NCBI GenBank assembly: GCA_964270895.1
Contig: OZ185445.1
Strand: one strand, 5' to 3'
From: Podarcis filfolensis
Lineage: Eukaryota
Length of the DNA stretch: 64,000 bases
Shown here piece after piece: positions 49,749 through 60,804 of the stretch. Below the pieces are notes generated by a model that was not told the DNA's origin, made no database searches, and saw nothing but the letters and a program-made list of their open reading frames with translations. The translations under genes and the position numbers were made by a program. Position 1 is the first letter of the stretch; each line of letters opens with the position of its first letter.

Positions 49749-49804
49749 CGGGGTTTCCACCAGCCTGTTAGTCAGTCATGCTGTCCTCCAGGATGCTATA
49801 AACC

Positions 49805-49988
49805 TGGACCAGCTCCTAAGGGTCGAGGTCCCTTCAGCCTCCCAAATAAAACATTTGAGGGGCTTACCCCCCCAAAGTTGTTGGACATTGCCATTCCAAT
49901 GGTATGTGTGAACTATGTCTTGTGATCAGTTATGTGAGGCAGGGCTTACCTGCCTCCCTCCTATATTTTATTCAAGTTGACACCCCTG
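49805..49988 (+). mobile_element. hAT-like MITE, family copy 3
   Basis: Homologous to 39270-39467; ends CAAGTTGACACCCCTG; no TSD recognised. Confidence 0.7.
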
Positions 49989-50900
49989 CAGTCTCTCCAT
50001 CTCTCAGGTCTCGCCATGCTCATGACTCAGACTGGACAAGGCAGCTCCATTGCTTCTTCCTGCTCTGCAAAGTCACCAAGTGGGGTGAGCAAAGGGTGGG
50101 AGGTCCTTCCCATACTTCTTTTCCCCACACTTGGTTTCCCTCTTGCTCTCCCTTCCCAAACCGAGCCTAAAAGCCCAACCAAGATGGGCAAGTGAAGAAG
50201 GTTTGTCCCTCACTCGCGTGGTTCCATCTTCGAGCTAATGTTGTGACTTGGGGCATTGAAAGGGAGAGAGGTTGGCATCCATTTTTGAATCAGTTGCTTC
50301 CGATCATCACTTGGTTCCTTGCCATGGGTTCATTATCTTGTAAAAACCCTTTCCAGCACGGTTTCTTGATAACGGAGCCTCTGAACATTTCAGCGCATTC
50401 ATTTGCATCTGGTTGCGGAACCCTCTTTAACTCCTATTATGTTTCCCCCCTAATTTCCTTTTTTTTCTGATTAGATGACACATCCTCAAACATGGTAATC
50501 AGAGGGAACTGGAAACCCAAGAAATGAGCAGCCATTGTGAAAAAAGAGACGACTGATGGTCATTAAAGCCCAGCTGAACAGCTCCTCCCAGCACAGAAAA
50601 CAATAGGTCACATCAGGTGCAATATAATGCAATAGCAGGATTTAAAGAAAAGGGGCTTTGCCAGGGCCATGTGTTCCAATTACAGAGAACTAGCAGAGGC
50701 ATTCAAGTATTAAAGAATTGGACAACTCCATCAATGAACCGCAATGCACAAAATCTGTATAATATTGTTGCTTAACCATTTCAAGTGCAGAAAGCGGCAG
50801 AGGCTGTTGCAGATTCATAAGAATGTAATGATGAAAGAGTAGGAACAAACCATCTTTTTGAATTGACGGAGAACTGTGCATTTTCTTGCGGATGCTTGAA

Positions 50901-51075
50901 TAGGAACATAGAAAGCTGCCTCATACCGAATCAAACTATTTGCCCGTCTAGAGCACTACTGCCTACTCTGGCTGGGAGCAGCAGTTCTTCAGGGTTTCAC
51001 ACAAAGGTCTCTTACAGTCCTACCTGGAGATGCTGGGGATTGAACCAGGGGTTTTCCACACATGGCAGATGCTCT
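50901..51075 (-). mobile_element. tRNA-derived squamate SINE, 5' end truncated by the LTR
   Basis: Minus strand GAGCATCTGCC...GGTTCAATCCCCAGCATCTCCAGGTAGG...GGCAGCTTTCTATGTTCCTA; B box present, first approximately 15 nt (A box) missing. Confidence 0.75.
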
Positions 51076-51081
51076 GTCTGC

Positions 51082-51654
51082 TGTCATGGAGTGGTTGGAC
51101 ACAGAAGAATGGTGGGAAGGACGAGCTGGGGAACCCCCAAGGGAAGAAGGCTCAGAGCCCAGGGAATGGTGTTGGGGCAACAATGAGTGGTCAGAGGGAG
51201 GAGAGGGAGAAGAGGAGGTGCTGGCAGCTGAAGACCCCTTCACAGGGCTTAGTGAGCTGGGAGAGTCTGTGGCAGAGAGAAGTCAAGAATCAGAGGCAGA
51301 AGCTGAAGCAGGTGAGTGGGAGGAGGGAGGTGAAGAGGTAGAGATGAGTCTGCCTGGTGAAGAGTCCAGGCTCCCCTCCCTCTTGACTCCCAGAACCAGA
51401 CGATGTATGAAAAGGGAGGAGCAAAGTCAGGCTGCATGCAGGCACAGTCTCCTATAGCTTGGAAGAAGCCCTGGAGAGGAGGAGACATATAGGAGATGGC
51501 TGTCAGGAGTTGGGGACTGATTGCGTGGAGGGCATAAGCTGCTGTGCTCATTAGGCCTGAAACTTAGCTAAGTCTGTGAAGATCATGTTCCGCTAATAAA
51601 GAGGTAACTCCAGCTTTGAACCGTGTGATTTACTGACCAGCTGGCTCCATGACA
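51082..51654 (+). mobile_element. Solo LTR (probably Gypsy-type), 573 bp
   Basis: TG...CA ends with perfect 10-bp inverted termini TGTCATGGAG / CTCCATGACA; AATAAA at 51595-51600; no TSD; contains a 123-codon acidic ORF (51086-51457). Confidence 0.75.
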
Positions 51655-51765
51655 ATGTTGCTAGACTCCAGTTCCCACCAGCCCCAGCCAGCATTGCAAA
51701 TGCTCAAGGACTATGGGAGATGTAGTCCAACTGCATCTAGTAGGCTACTCATTCCCCACCCTTGG
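51655..51765. mobile_element. Left-truncated palindromic MITE (GACTACA...CCCATCATCC type)
   Basis: Homologous to the complete copy at 54186-54319 but lacks the first approximately 30 nt. Confidence 0.65.
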
Positions 51766-52499
51766 TTTAAACATTACTGTAGCCATTTAAGAACTGCTGA
51801 TGGATCCTGCACTTTTTAAAGGGCCCATAAATGCTTGCATGTGTTGAGGGTAGAAGATGTATATCAAGTCTTCAAATTATCTCTCCCAATATGCTTTCCC
51901 CTCCCAAATATGCAACACACACATCCCTGCAGTTTAAATTGGAATGGTTCAGAAAAAAAGCTTTGGTGTTTGATTCTGCTGATTTCTATAAGCTTAAGCA
52001 GATGGCGAACCTGTCATATAACTGCTTTGCCATATGCCCAAGCCTGTTTCTCCATCATGGTTTGCCACTTCCTAGATTTACCCAATGCAAGTATGTCAGA
52101 CCAGGTTGAAAAAAGTCAGATCTAGGGATGTGCATTTATTTCTAAATGAACGTGTCCCATTCAATTTCTATTCATTCCAAAGTGAATGGTGGTGGCAGCA
52201 GGTGAGCCGACCACAATGGCCATTCCTGGCAGCTTCCATCTGTCACTCACCCGCCAAGATGCCCCACTAACCCCCGCAGATTACGTGACTGTAAGATACC
52301 CAGCATAATTTAACAAATGTAATGAAAGGAGTGTGATTTCAACAAAGAAAAGGACGAGGTCTTTAATTACAAAAAGGAGTGTAGTTACAAAATGGGGAGG
52401 GAAAGAAAGAAGTCTTACAGCCTCCCTAATCATATGTTGGGCATGTAATGAATTTTTTTTTGCTGATATCAGTGGCAGAACAGGGGAGGAATTGGAAAA

Positions 52500-53542
52500 G
52501 GCAAGGAAAAGTCAAGACCAGATCCAGTTGCTCTTGGAGGAAACTGATTTTCTAGATCAACTTCTATTGGGATTAAGTCTGGTTTTGGCCCAGAAGCTGC
52601 TTTGGTTGCCTTGTATGATGACCTCTGTTGGGAAAGAGACAGAGGAAATGTATCCCTGTTAATTCTTGTTGACCTCTCAGCGGGTTCCAATATCATGACT
52701 ATGGTATCCTTCTGGAGCGGCTGTCCGAGTTGCAGGTGGGTGGCACCACTTTGTGGTGGTTCTGGTCCTACTTGGATGGTTGTTTCCAGAGGATGATGCT
52801 TGGGGAAGGCTCTTTGGCCCTGTGGAGTCTTCATTGTGGGGCTCCTCAGGGTCTGATTTTATCCCCCATGGTGTTTGGCATCTACATGAAACTGCTGAGT
52901 GGAGTCATCTGGAGTTGTGGAGTACATTGTCAGCAATATGCTGATGACACACAGCTGTATTTCTCTTTTACATCTGCAGGTGTGGCAGTGGATGTGCCAG
53001 TCCAGTAATGGATTGGATGGCAACCAATAAAGTGAACAAAGCTCAATCCAGATAAGGCTGAGGCACCATTAGTAGGAAGTTCCCTAGACTGGCTGGATGG
53101 GAGGTGATGTACTTTGGGATCCATTGCTGTTGCTTGAGGCTCAGGTGGCCTCAACTGCATGGAGTGCTTTCCATCAGCTTTGGCTGGTGGCTGCGCCCCT
53201 ATCTGCACAAGCATAGCCTAACGTCTGTTGTCTATGCTCTGGTAACATCTAGGTTAAGTTACCATAACACATTTTACATGGGGCTGCCTCTGAAAATGGT
53301 TCAGAAATTTAAGCTGGTGCAGAATTCAGTGGCCAGGTTGCTCACCAGGGCAAGAAAATTTGAGCACTGAATGCCAATCCTGACCTGACTGCATTGGCTG
53401 CCAATTAGTGTGCCTCCACCAGGAAAGGTCTGATTGGCAGCAACACAAAAATGGAATTGTTTTTGTTTATTACTATGCTATTTTGCGTTTTTATATTTGT
53501 AAACTGCCCCCCTGATCCTTGGATGAATGGCGGTATAGCAAT

Positions 53543-53590
<48 letters not shown>
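52500..53590 (+). mobile_element. Degenerate L2 LINE (reverse transcriptase region to 3' tail)
   Basis: Frameshifted RT fragments: ALYDDL...LLILVDLSA, PQGLILSPMVF.IYM, QQYADDTQLY (YADD at 52937-52948); L2-type 3' end GTAAACTGCC...GGCGGTATAGCAATT followed by (AAT)n from 53545. Confidence 0.88.

Positions 53591-53627
<37 letters not shown>
53545..53627. repeat. Compound (AAT)n(AAC)n microsatellite
   Basis: Directly seen. Confidence 0.95.
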
Positions 53628-53628
<1 letters not shown>

Positions 53629-53659
53629 TCCAGGGACCTCTGCAAGAGAATATGCAGGG

Positions 53660-53916
53660 ATATCTGACCTCTGCTATCTGGCTGTGCATGAAAATCCTCC
53701 AGGTATCCCTATTTTCCAAGTGCAATCTGAGATTTACAGAAGCTGTCCTGGTTTCTGATTGATCCCAGAATGTCCCGCTCTTCATTAGATGACTTAGAAT
53801 GTCCCTATTTTCATCAAAGAAATGTTGGCCGGTGTCAAAGAGGACATCCCTATTTTCATCAGAGAAATGTTGGAGGAGATGTCTCTATTTTCTTTGGAGA
53901 AATGTTGAAGGGTATG
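53660..53916. mobile_element. Non-autonomous DNA element with triplicated subterminal unit
   Basis: Three copies of TC(C/T)CTATTTTC....GAGAAATGTTG(G/A) (about 53793, 53846, 53881), ending GTTGAAGGGTATG, a terminus common in lacertid MITEs. Confidence 0.55.
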
Positions 53917-54185
53917 TGAATGCCATATTGCCTTACTAGGCCACAGAGTTTGCCCTCCACCTGCAGGAAATAGACACCTCTCATTCTATCTTCCATGCTT
54001 GTTATAGCCTACTTTTCCCTTAGACAGCCAAGAACCGCTTACTTGGGGCTTGGTCTCCCATCCAGGCAGAGATTCATGATTGTTTGGCTTCACCATTGCT
54101 ATATTAGATGCTTCTGGGCTTGAGCCAACCTACTGAAATGCTAAGTGTTCTGCACCGTTCCAATAGCATAGAGCATATGAAGTGG

Positions 54186-54319
54186 GTGGTGGGGAAAACA
54201 TTGGCCCTCTAGATGTTGCTGGACTACATGTCCCATGAACCCCAGCCAGCATGGCCAACACTCAGGGATGATGGGAGCTGTAGGCCAACATCTAGGGGGC
54301 CAAAGGTTCCCCGACCCTG
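54186..54319. mobile_element. Complete palindromic MITE
   Basis: Arms GGGGAAAACATTGGCCCTCTAGATGTTG...CTACA and TGTAG.CCAACATCTAGGGGGCCAAAGGTTCCCC. Confidence 0.75.
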
Positions 54320-55304
54320 AAAACAATAACATATTTTGATGAGTTTCTGTGTTTTAAGTGCCATATCCGTATCTGAAGATCCTGCTTTTAGCTTCAAGAC
54401 AGGACTATTTTCCTACGAAGGATTGATTTACGAGAAAAGTCAACTCATGGTAGGCTGAACTAGTCAAATGTGGGTGGAAATTGCAACACTGCAGTGTTTT
54501 CTCTCGCTCCCCGCGTGTCCCCTCCCTCCACTTGTTTTGGCTTTGTCCCGCTTTCCTGCTCTCCACTAAAACAGGTCTGAACAAGCACTTGCAGAAAACC
54601 TGAAGTGAACTAATTCCATGCAGATGGATTTATGAACTTCAGTTAAGAGCCACAGGTAACCCAAAGGCTGCCAATTCCTCCCCTCCAGCTTTATGATCTC
54701 CAGGGCACCATTTGTCCTTAATGGTCCAAGCAGCCCTTTTCTTCTGTTGTGGGTGCAGCCAGTGGTTCTGAATGGTGGTCAGGTGCGCCGCAGGACGCAT
54801 TGGCCTCTATTTGTCCCCTCCCTCCTCTGATGCCCTCTCAAGTCTCTGTTTCCAGAGGCTTGCACAGCTGTTTGTTGCAGTGGCCCTGGCTACAAGTTCT
54901 CCAGGCAAATCATGCCTCCAGAGGCATGGGGTGTTGGTTGTTGGGAGCTGAGGTGGCCTTGGAGGAGAGGGGAGAGGAGAGGAGGCTGATGAAACCCTCC
55001 ACAAGGGAGGGTGTCAAAAAAAGGGGTGAGGGGCTGACAGCTTGGCAGGCAAGGGGCAACATAACTGAGCTTCTGAGACTTGGAGAAAGCTTCCCTACAG
55101 GGGAGCGGCAGAAATAATGTAGTTGGTCAAGGGAACCATCAACTCAAAAAGGTTGAAAGCCTCTGGAAGCTTTAGGCAGGGACTCCAGGTCTTGAGCTTA
55201 CATTAATGTCTAACTGTGTAGCAGAGCATTATTTAATTATTATATTATTATGATTATTTTAAAAAATGCACCAGAGACACTGTATCACTAAGAAAGCCAG
55301 TAAC

Positions 55305-55310
55305 TTTACT
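55305..55310 (-). terminator. Distal variant poly(A) signal AGUAAA
   Basis: About 20 nt upstream of the presumed mRNA end at about 55285. Confidence 0.6.
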
Positions 55311-55375
55311 GATTCGGCTGCAAAATACAAATTATACCTTATTTCCAGCAGGAGAAACATTTGAAATTTTCCCAT

Positions 55376-55389
55376 TTTATTTATTTATT
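55376..55389 (-). terminator. Three overlapping AAUAAA hexamers
   Basis: Minus strand AATAAATAAATAAA. Confidence 0.6.
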
Positions 55390-55868
55390 GTTCACTACAG
55401 ACAGCTGAATTAAGTCCCTTGAGATTCACAGATGTGATTTTTAACTTGGTTATAATGTCTTGTTATCTAGTGGCGACAAAGTCCAGCTTATGCCGCTGTG
55501 AGCCTCTTAAGTTTAATATTTCTTGCAAAATGCTCGTATGCCCCCATTTACAGGATGATTTCTTAATTATCGCTGATTTAATCAAAACAAATCCCCAGGA
55601 AAAGAAAATAGAAGCAAATCATCTGAAGCAATCCAAGTCAAATGCTTTGTGGTGCAATGTGAGCTGATGTCAGTGGCTCCACAGAGAGCATCAATGCTGG
55701 GGGTTTCATCTGTCATGGGGTTGACCTCTTTGAATGACACTGAGGCATGGGTCAGTCTGAGGGATGAACAGGGATGGGATGGTGAAGCCAAATGACCTGG
55801 TTATGCTCATAATCCAGCACGGAACATGATACAGGATGTATGGAACTCAACACTTGGATTGCTCCACA

Positions 55869-55878
55869 TCTTTGGTTA
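55869..55878 (-). promoter_or_regulatory. miR-9-5p 8mer target site in the MEF2C 3'UTR
   Basis: mRNA reads UAACCAAAGA, complementary to miR-9-5p nt 1-10. Confidence 0.7.
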
Positions 55879-56058
55879 AAGTATATTCACAAAAGCCTGT
55901 TATTAGCTAACAGTGAAGCATTCTCAACCGACCCCAATGTCCCACCACTCCTTCACGGGACCTGTAATGCCAGGAAATGGAGGCCACAGAAGTGAGGACG
56001 TCACTGCAGATGGCATAAAATGGGAGCAGATGAAGTATGCTGTGTTTAGGCAACAGCC

Positions 56059-56064
56059 TTTATT
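56059..56064 (-). terminator. Internal AAUAAA poly(A) signal
   Basis: Context CCTCAATAAAGGCTGTTGCC, recalled as shared with human. Confidence 0.55.
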
Positions 56065-59000
56065 GAGGTTTCAAGTGGCTTTTTGGGAAACAAAGACAAA
56101 GCATTTGCCTTCTGGGGGAAGGAGAAGAGAAAGGAAACAAAAACCACATATGTTGTGTCTACTAGGGAAGATGGGCCTAAGACAAATGCAAACAATAAAA
56201 AGGGGTTCTTGACATTCTTGCAAACAGCGTAGCAGTTGTTTTATTCTTGCTTTTTAGCTTTGCCTGAAAAAAGCTCTGAGAAACAGCAGATATCTTTATA
56301 TTAATCATTAAAAAATTTTAAATTCCGCTTCCGGGGAAAATAGAAACCATTTGGTTACAAAAAACAACTTTGAAAAAACATTGAAATGATTAAAAAGACT
56401 TCACCGGGAAAGGCATCAATGCATACAATATACAAATTTGTGCAGATTGTGTATATCATATCATTGTCACCAGCGATTAGGTTTAATAACGTCATCGACA
56501 AGGCTTTCCCAAATAAGGATCAGCAAGAAAGGGAGGAGATTCCTCTTAAGGGATCTCACGTTGCCTATACCTTTGTACTGCCTGGGTTGAAGTAAATCTT
56601 AATCCATTCTTGGGGCGCTGCCCCAAACTGCTTAAATATAAAGGAATCACACAATAAGCCCCAAAAGTAGCTTTGCAAATGCAATAGATGGTTAAGGTAC
56701 AGATAAAAGGAACAGTTAAAGATAGACAGTTAAAGTTTCTAGAAAGCGACATCACAATTAAAAGTTGTGCTTCTTTATTAATTAACTCCATTTACAATTA
56801 TGAATTAACCCTCACTTCTTGCCCCTATACTTCACTTTAGCTCAGTAGAGGAAAGAGGAGCGAAAACACGTCTATTTCCACACAATTCAGTTCTGTGGCT
56901 GTATAAAAACCAAGGTTTTAACTGCAAGAGATTGCCTAGCTTAGTTGCATGAGCTTGTTTACACTGTTACCTACTTGCACACAGGTACAATGCGGTAAGT
57001 TAACATTACACACCCACTTCTTTTCAGAAGCTCAAGTGTTATCTCCCCCCCCCCTTGTTGTGTAGCTGAGGCAGCTGTACGGTAAACTATTCATATGGCT
57101 ATTCTTCAGACTCAGAAGACTGACCCCATCAGCCCCATTGACAAATTACTTCCAACAATACTGAAAAACCAAATATTGTTTCTCTCTCCTTCTCATTTTG
57201 TTTCAACGACAAGGTACAATTGTCACATATTTGCATATTTAAGACACATCTAAGTTGAAAGTTCCCAAATGGAGAATGTGACTATTGGTATATGTCAAGG
57301 TGAGGGATATAATTTGGCAGATGTCTTGAAAAAAATCAATTATTTGCCCCATTCTCACTTTCTTTAAATGCCTGCGTATCTTTTGTAAATCACCTGTAAG
57401 AATGATGCATGATCAGCTGTTTTTCTGTGCTTGGAATATGTGGTCTCAGCATGCTCCTAAGATTTTCTGTGCCAGCCAATAAATACTTAGGATGGGACCA
57501 AGCAATTGTTGAACCAGCTCATCACCCCAAACGGCAATGCTACAAGTTGTGGTAGAAGGCAGAGACACAGGTGCAAATGTATACCTGCAAATAGGTCTAG
57601 AGTAACATTCATGATATGAGAAAAAAATGGGAAGTTTCACCTATGTTGTTCATGCTTATTATTGGGGGTTGTTAGGAGTCAACAAAAGCATGTTACAATT
57701 TGCGATGGGTGGCTTAAACCAAGCTTAAACAGTTCACCTCTGTCTACTAAACCTATGAATCTACATCAGCATTGGTCCAATGTAAGATGGATGTTTTGCA
57801 TACATGTCATAGTGCAATTCTCGCTTGTGACACTGAAAAAGTATTGCTGACTAATGAGCAGTGCCCAGCAAGAGTGTTTATTAACAGGTAATAAAGGATA
57901 GGAGGTCCTCCATTCTCTCCACTCTTCTTTATACTGGCAATATATCTATGTGGGTGGTAGGGATAATTTAGGAACAGCAGCAGCACCAGCTGACTTATGT
58001 CACTGAAGTACAAGAAGTTTACAGTACTTGGCTTTCTAACTCGTATTCCTCCTTCCCAACTGAGAATATGTGCTGCATCACTTGCAGAGCTCAGCAATGC
58101 TGATATGCAGGACTTGTTTGGAATGCCCCATGTCAAGCCTCAAATACAGTAAGTTGTGATGAAGACAAAGGGTGTTTTGACCTGTTTGCAGAGTGCCTTT
58201 CTTATCCTACCAAGAAGCTACATAGAGCCTCACCACCATCACACACACATCTGGGAATAGAGGGACTGGATTCCTAACAAGCCTCAGTCTCAGGATTATT
58301 ATTATTTTAAAAGAAAGAAAATGAATTAACTACCAATCACTTGCCACTGAAGTTCCACACGAGAAGGAAAAGATGCATTCGGAATGAATGACGCTCTCTT
58401 TCACGCAGTGCTATTTTTGCTTAACAAAACATGTTATTTCATAAGGGACAAACTCAATGCTACATGCAGGTGTAAGTTCCTCCTAACATTATAATTTTTT
58501 TTCTTTAAAGAAAAGAAGCCTCAAGAGGCAGCCATCAGAACAGAAATGGCGGGTGGAGAAGAGGTCCTTCACTTTTCCCCTGTGGGACATGTTTCTGCTT
58601 GATAACCACAGTTGCTTTCCTCCATATTGGGGTGATTGTGGAATGAAGGTTTGGAAATAGCACAACTTGGCTATTCTTTTAGCATGGTCATGAAACTGTG
58701 GGATGCCTGAAACTGACGCAGCAATTGATTGGGACTTAAGGACATCTTGTCTGCTCACGACAAAGGCAGTGCAAAACATGACTGCTCTTGAGCGGAACAG
58801 TCCACTCCTGTTACTCACTAAGAGTTGCTGGGTCAGACCTGCATGCTCATCACTTTCTGATTGCAACACGAGACTAAGTAAAGATCCCAACTCAAATGCA
58901 ATACTTTTCACTCCAGATGGATCACCCATTCTGCTTTGAGTTACCATAATGATGCATGACCAAGACTGTCATCCTATACCCGTTTACCTGGGAGTAATCT

Positions 59001-59981
59001 CCACTGAAGACTGTGCTGCAAGTGATGTAAATGCATATATAAATCAGGCCTTGGGTTCCATCAACTCATCTTTGCAATGAGCTTTAGAACTGGTGTGCTG
59101 CTGTTCCTGTCCTCCATTATTTTTGTCTAAGCTGGAAGAGATATTCTACACTTTCATGCCAAATCACATTTCTGAGGTAACGTAACCTTCCTTGGGTTTA
59201 AAAGACAGTTACGCTTGGGATAGCAGCTCCCCTTTTAGGTAACTCCGTACTGGATTTTTATATTTACTTCCACTTCACTTTGAAGCATGGGAGTCTGAAG
59301 GAATTTTTCCTGGGTGGCGGTGGCAATGGAAAAGCATATGAAATGCGGAGCAGGCTAGTTTCTCACAAAAAAAGAGAACAGTGCCTGTTCATTTTGCCTC
59401 CTATCTCAGGTCCTAAAAACTTAATCTTTTAAAAATACCCCAAAAAGCTGAGGATCAGGATATTATGGTTCTTCAGGGGTGGGGAACTGCCTCCTTTGCC
59501 TCCTCCCACCATGGATGTCTATGCTTTGAAGGATGCTACCCTAAACTTCCTTTCTTTTTTTCCTCCAGGTTGCAAATCAGAGCAAATCTCATGAGGATGC
59601 CAATTTTGATGAATTTATGGAATGAAGGCCAAGCTGAGCCAGATCATGTTGTGATCAATATTTGCAGAAAGCCACAAGTTACGCAAGACATAAATAAAGT
59701 AAGAAGAGGGCCTCAAATGTGTAGATCAGTAGGATGGAGCTGATCGGTATATACAATGGATCAGAAAACTGATGGCAGATGGATTAGAATTATATGGGCT
59801 GCTATAGGAAGGGGGGGGAAAATCTAATCTTTTGCAGATTAGCCTTCAACAGCTGACTGATTCTGTAAAATGTATGCAGATTAAAAGAAAAACCAAAAGG
59901 AGAAAAAAATAGTTACTTAAATGTGCAACTGCACAAATATAATTCCCCCACTATTAAGATAACAAAAAACTTCTGCTATTA

Positions 59982-60186
59982 NNNNNNNNNNNNNNNNNNN
60001 NNNNNNNNNNNNNNNNNNNNNNNNNNNNNNNNNNNNNNNNNNNNNNNNNNNNNNNNNNNNNNNNNNNNNNNNNNNNNNNNNNNNNNNNNNNNNNNNNNNN
60101 NNNNNNNNNNNNNNNNNNNNNNNNNNNNNNNNNNNNNNNNNNNNNNNNNNNNNNNNNNNNNNNNNNNNNNNNNNNNNNNNNNNNNN
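59982..60186. other. Assembly gap / masked run (205 N) in the MEF2C 3'UTR
   Basis: Directly seen. Confidence 1.
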
Positions 60187-60348
60187 CCCTTTTGTTTCTT
60201 TCAGGGATGTTTAAAATATTCGCGAAGCTATGAAGGGGAAAAAACACATTTTGGCTTAGTAGACTACAAAAAGCCACAATGCTTTGCGAACTCTGTCTTA
60301 CTTTTTAATATGAAAATAAGGAAAATGTAATTTACATATTTTTATATT

Positions 60349-60354
60349 TTTATT
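60349..60354 (-). terminator. Proximal AAUAAA in an AU-rich conserved block
   Basis: Minus strand TTATTAAATAAAAATATAAAAATATGTAAATTACATTTT. Confidence 0.4.
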
Positions 60355-60648
60355 TAATAAGTGATGCAGACCCAGAATTTTAAAAATTAAATAGGTTAGC
60401 CCTCAAACTAATTTTTTTTTTACAAGTATGGTCCTTTTTTAAATGCCATACTCCAATAATATGCCAACATATTTGTGTGCATTTCAGATATATTAGGTGA
60501 CCATCCTTTTTCTTTTTTTACTTGGTCACCCAATTTCTGGGTCTCTCAAAACGTCTGTACATTTTCTATATGTTGCATAACAGCTGCTTTCTCTCTCAGT
60601 AAAGATCTGCCACCGTTGGGCAAAAAAAGTTTCCTTTTTTTCTCTTTT

Positions 60649-60804
60649 NNNNNNNNNNNNNNNNNNNNNNNNNNNNNNNNNNNNNNNNNNNNNNNNNNNN
60701 NNNNNNNNNNNNNNNNNNNNNNNNNNNNNNNNNNNNNNNNNNNNNNNNNNNNNNNNNNNNNNNNNNNNNNNNNNNNNNNNNNNNNNNNNNNNNNNNNNNN
60801 NNNN
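60649..60804. other. Assembly gap / masked run (156 N) in the MEF2C 3'UTR
   Basis: Directly seen. Confidence 1.

Noticed and set aside
26170-52000. Other CTTTGGT matches (about 26173, 26488, 31786, 51961) as miR-9 sites
   Set aside because: Intergenic or intronic, with no evidence they are in mature transcripts.
52500-53405. Active reverse transcriptase gene
   Set aside because: Multiple frameshifts and stops, and no endonuclease or 5' region.
53780-53916. CRISPR-like or satellite array
   Set aside because: Only three imperfect units inside a eukaryotic DNA-transposon relic; no spacer structure.
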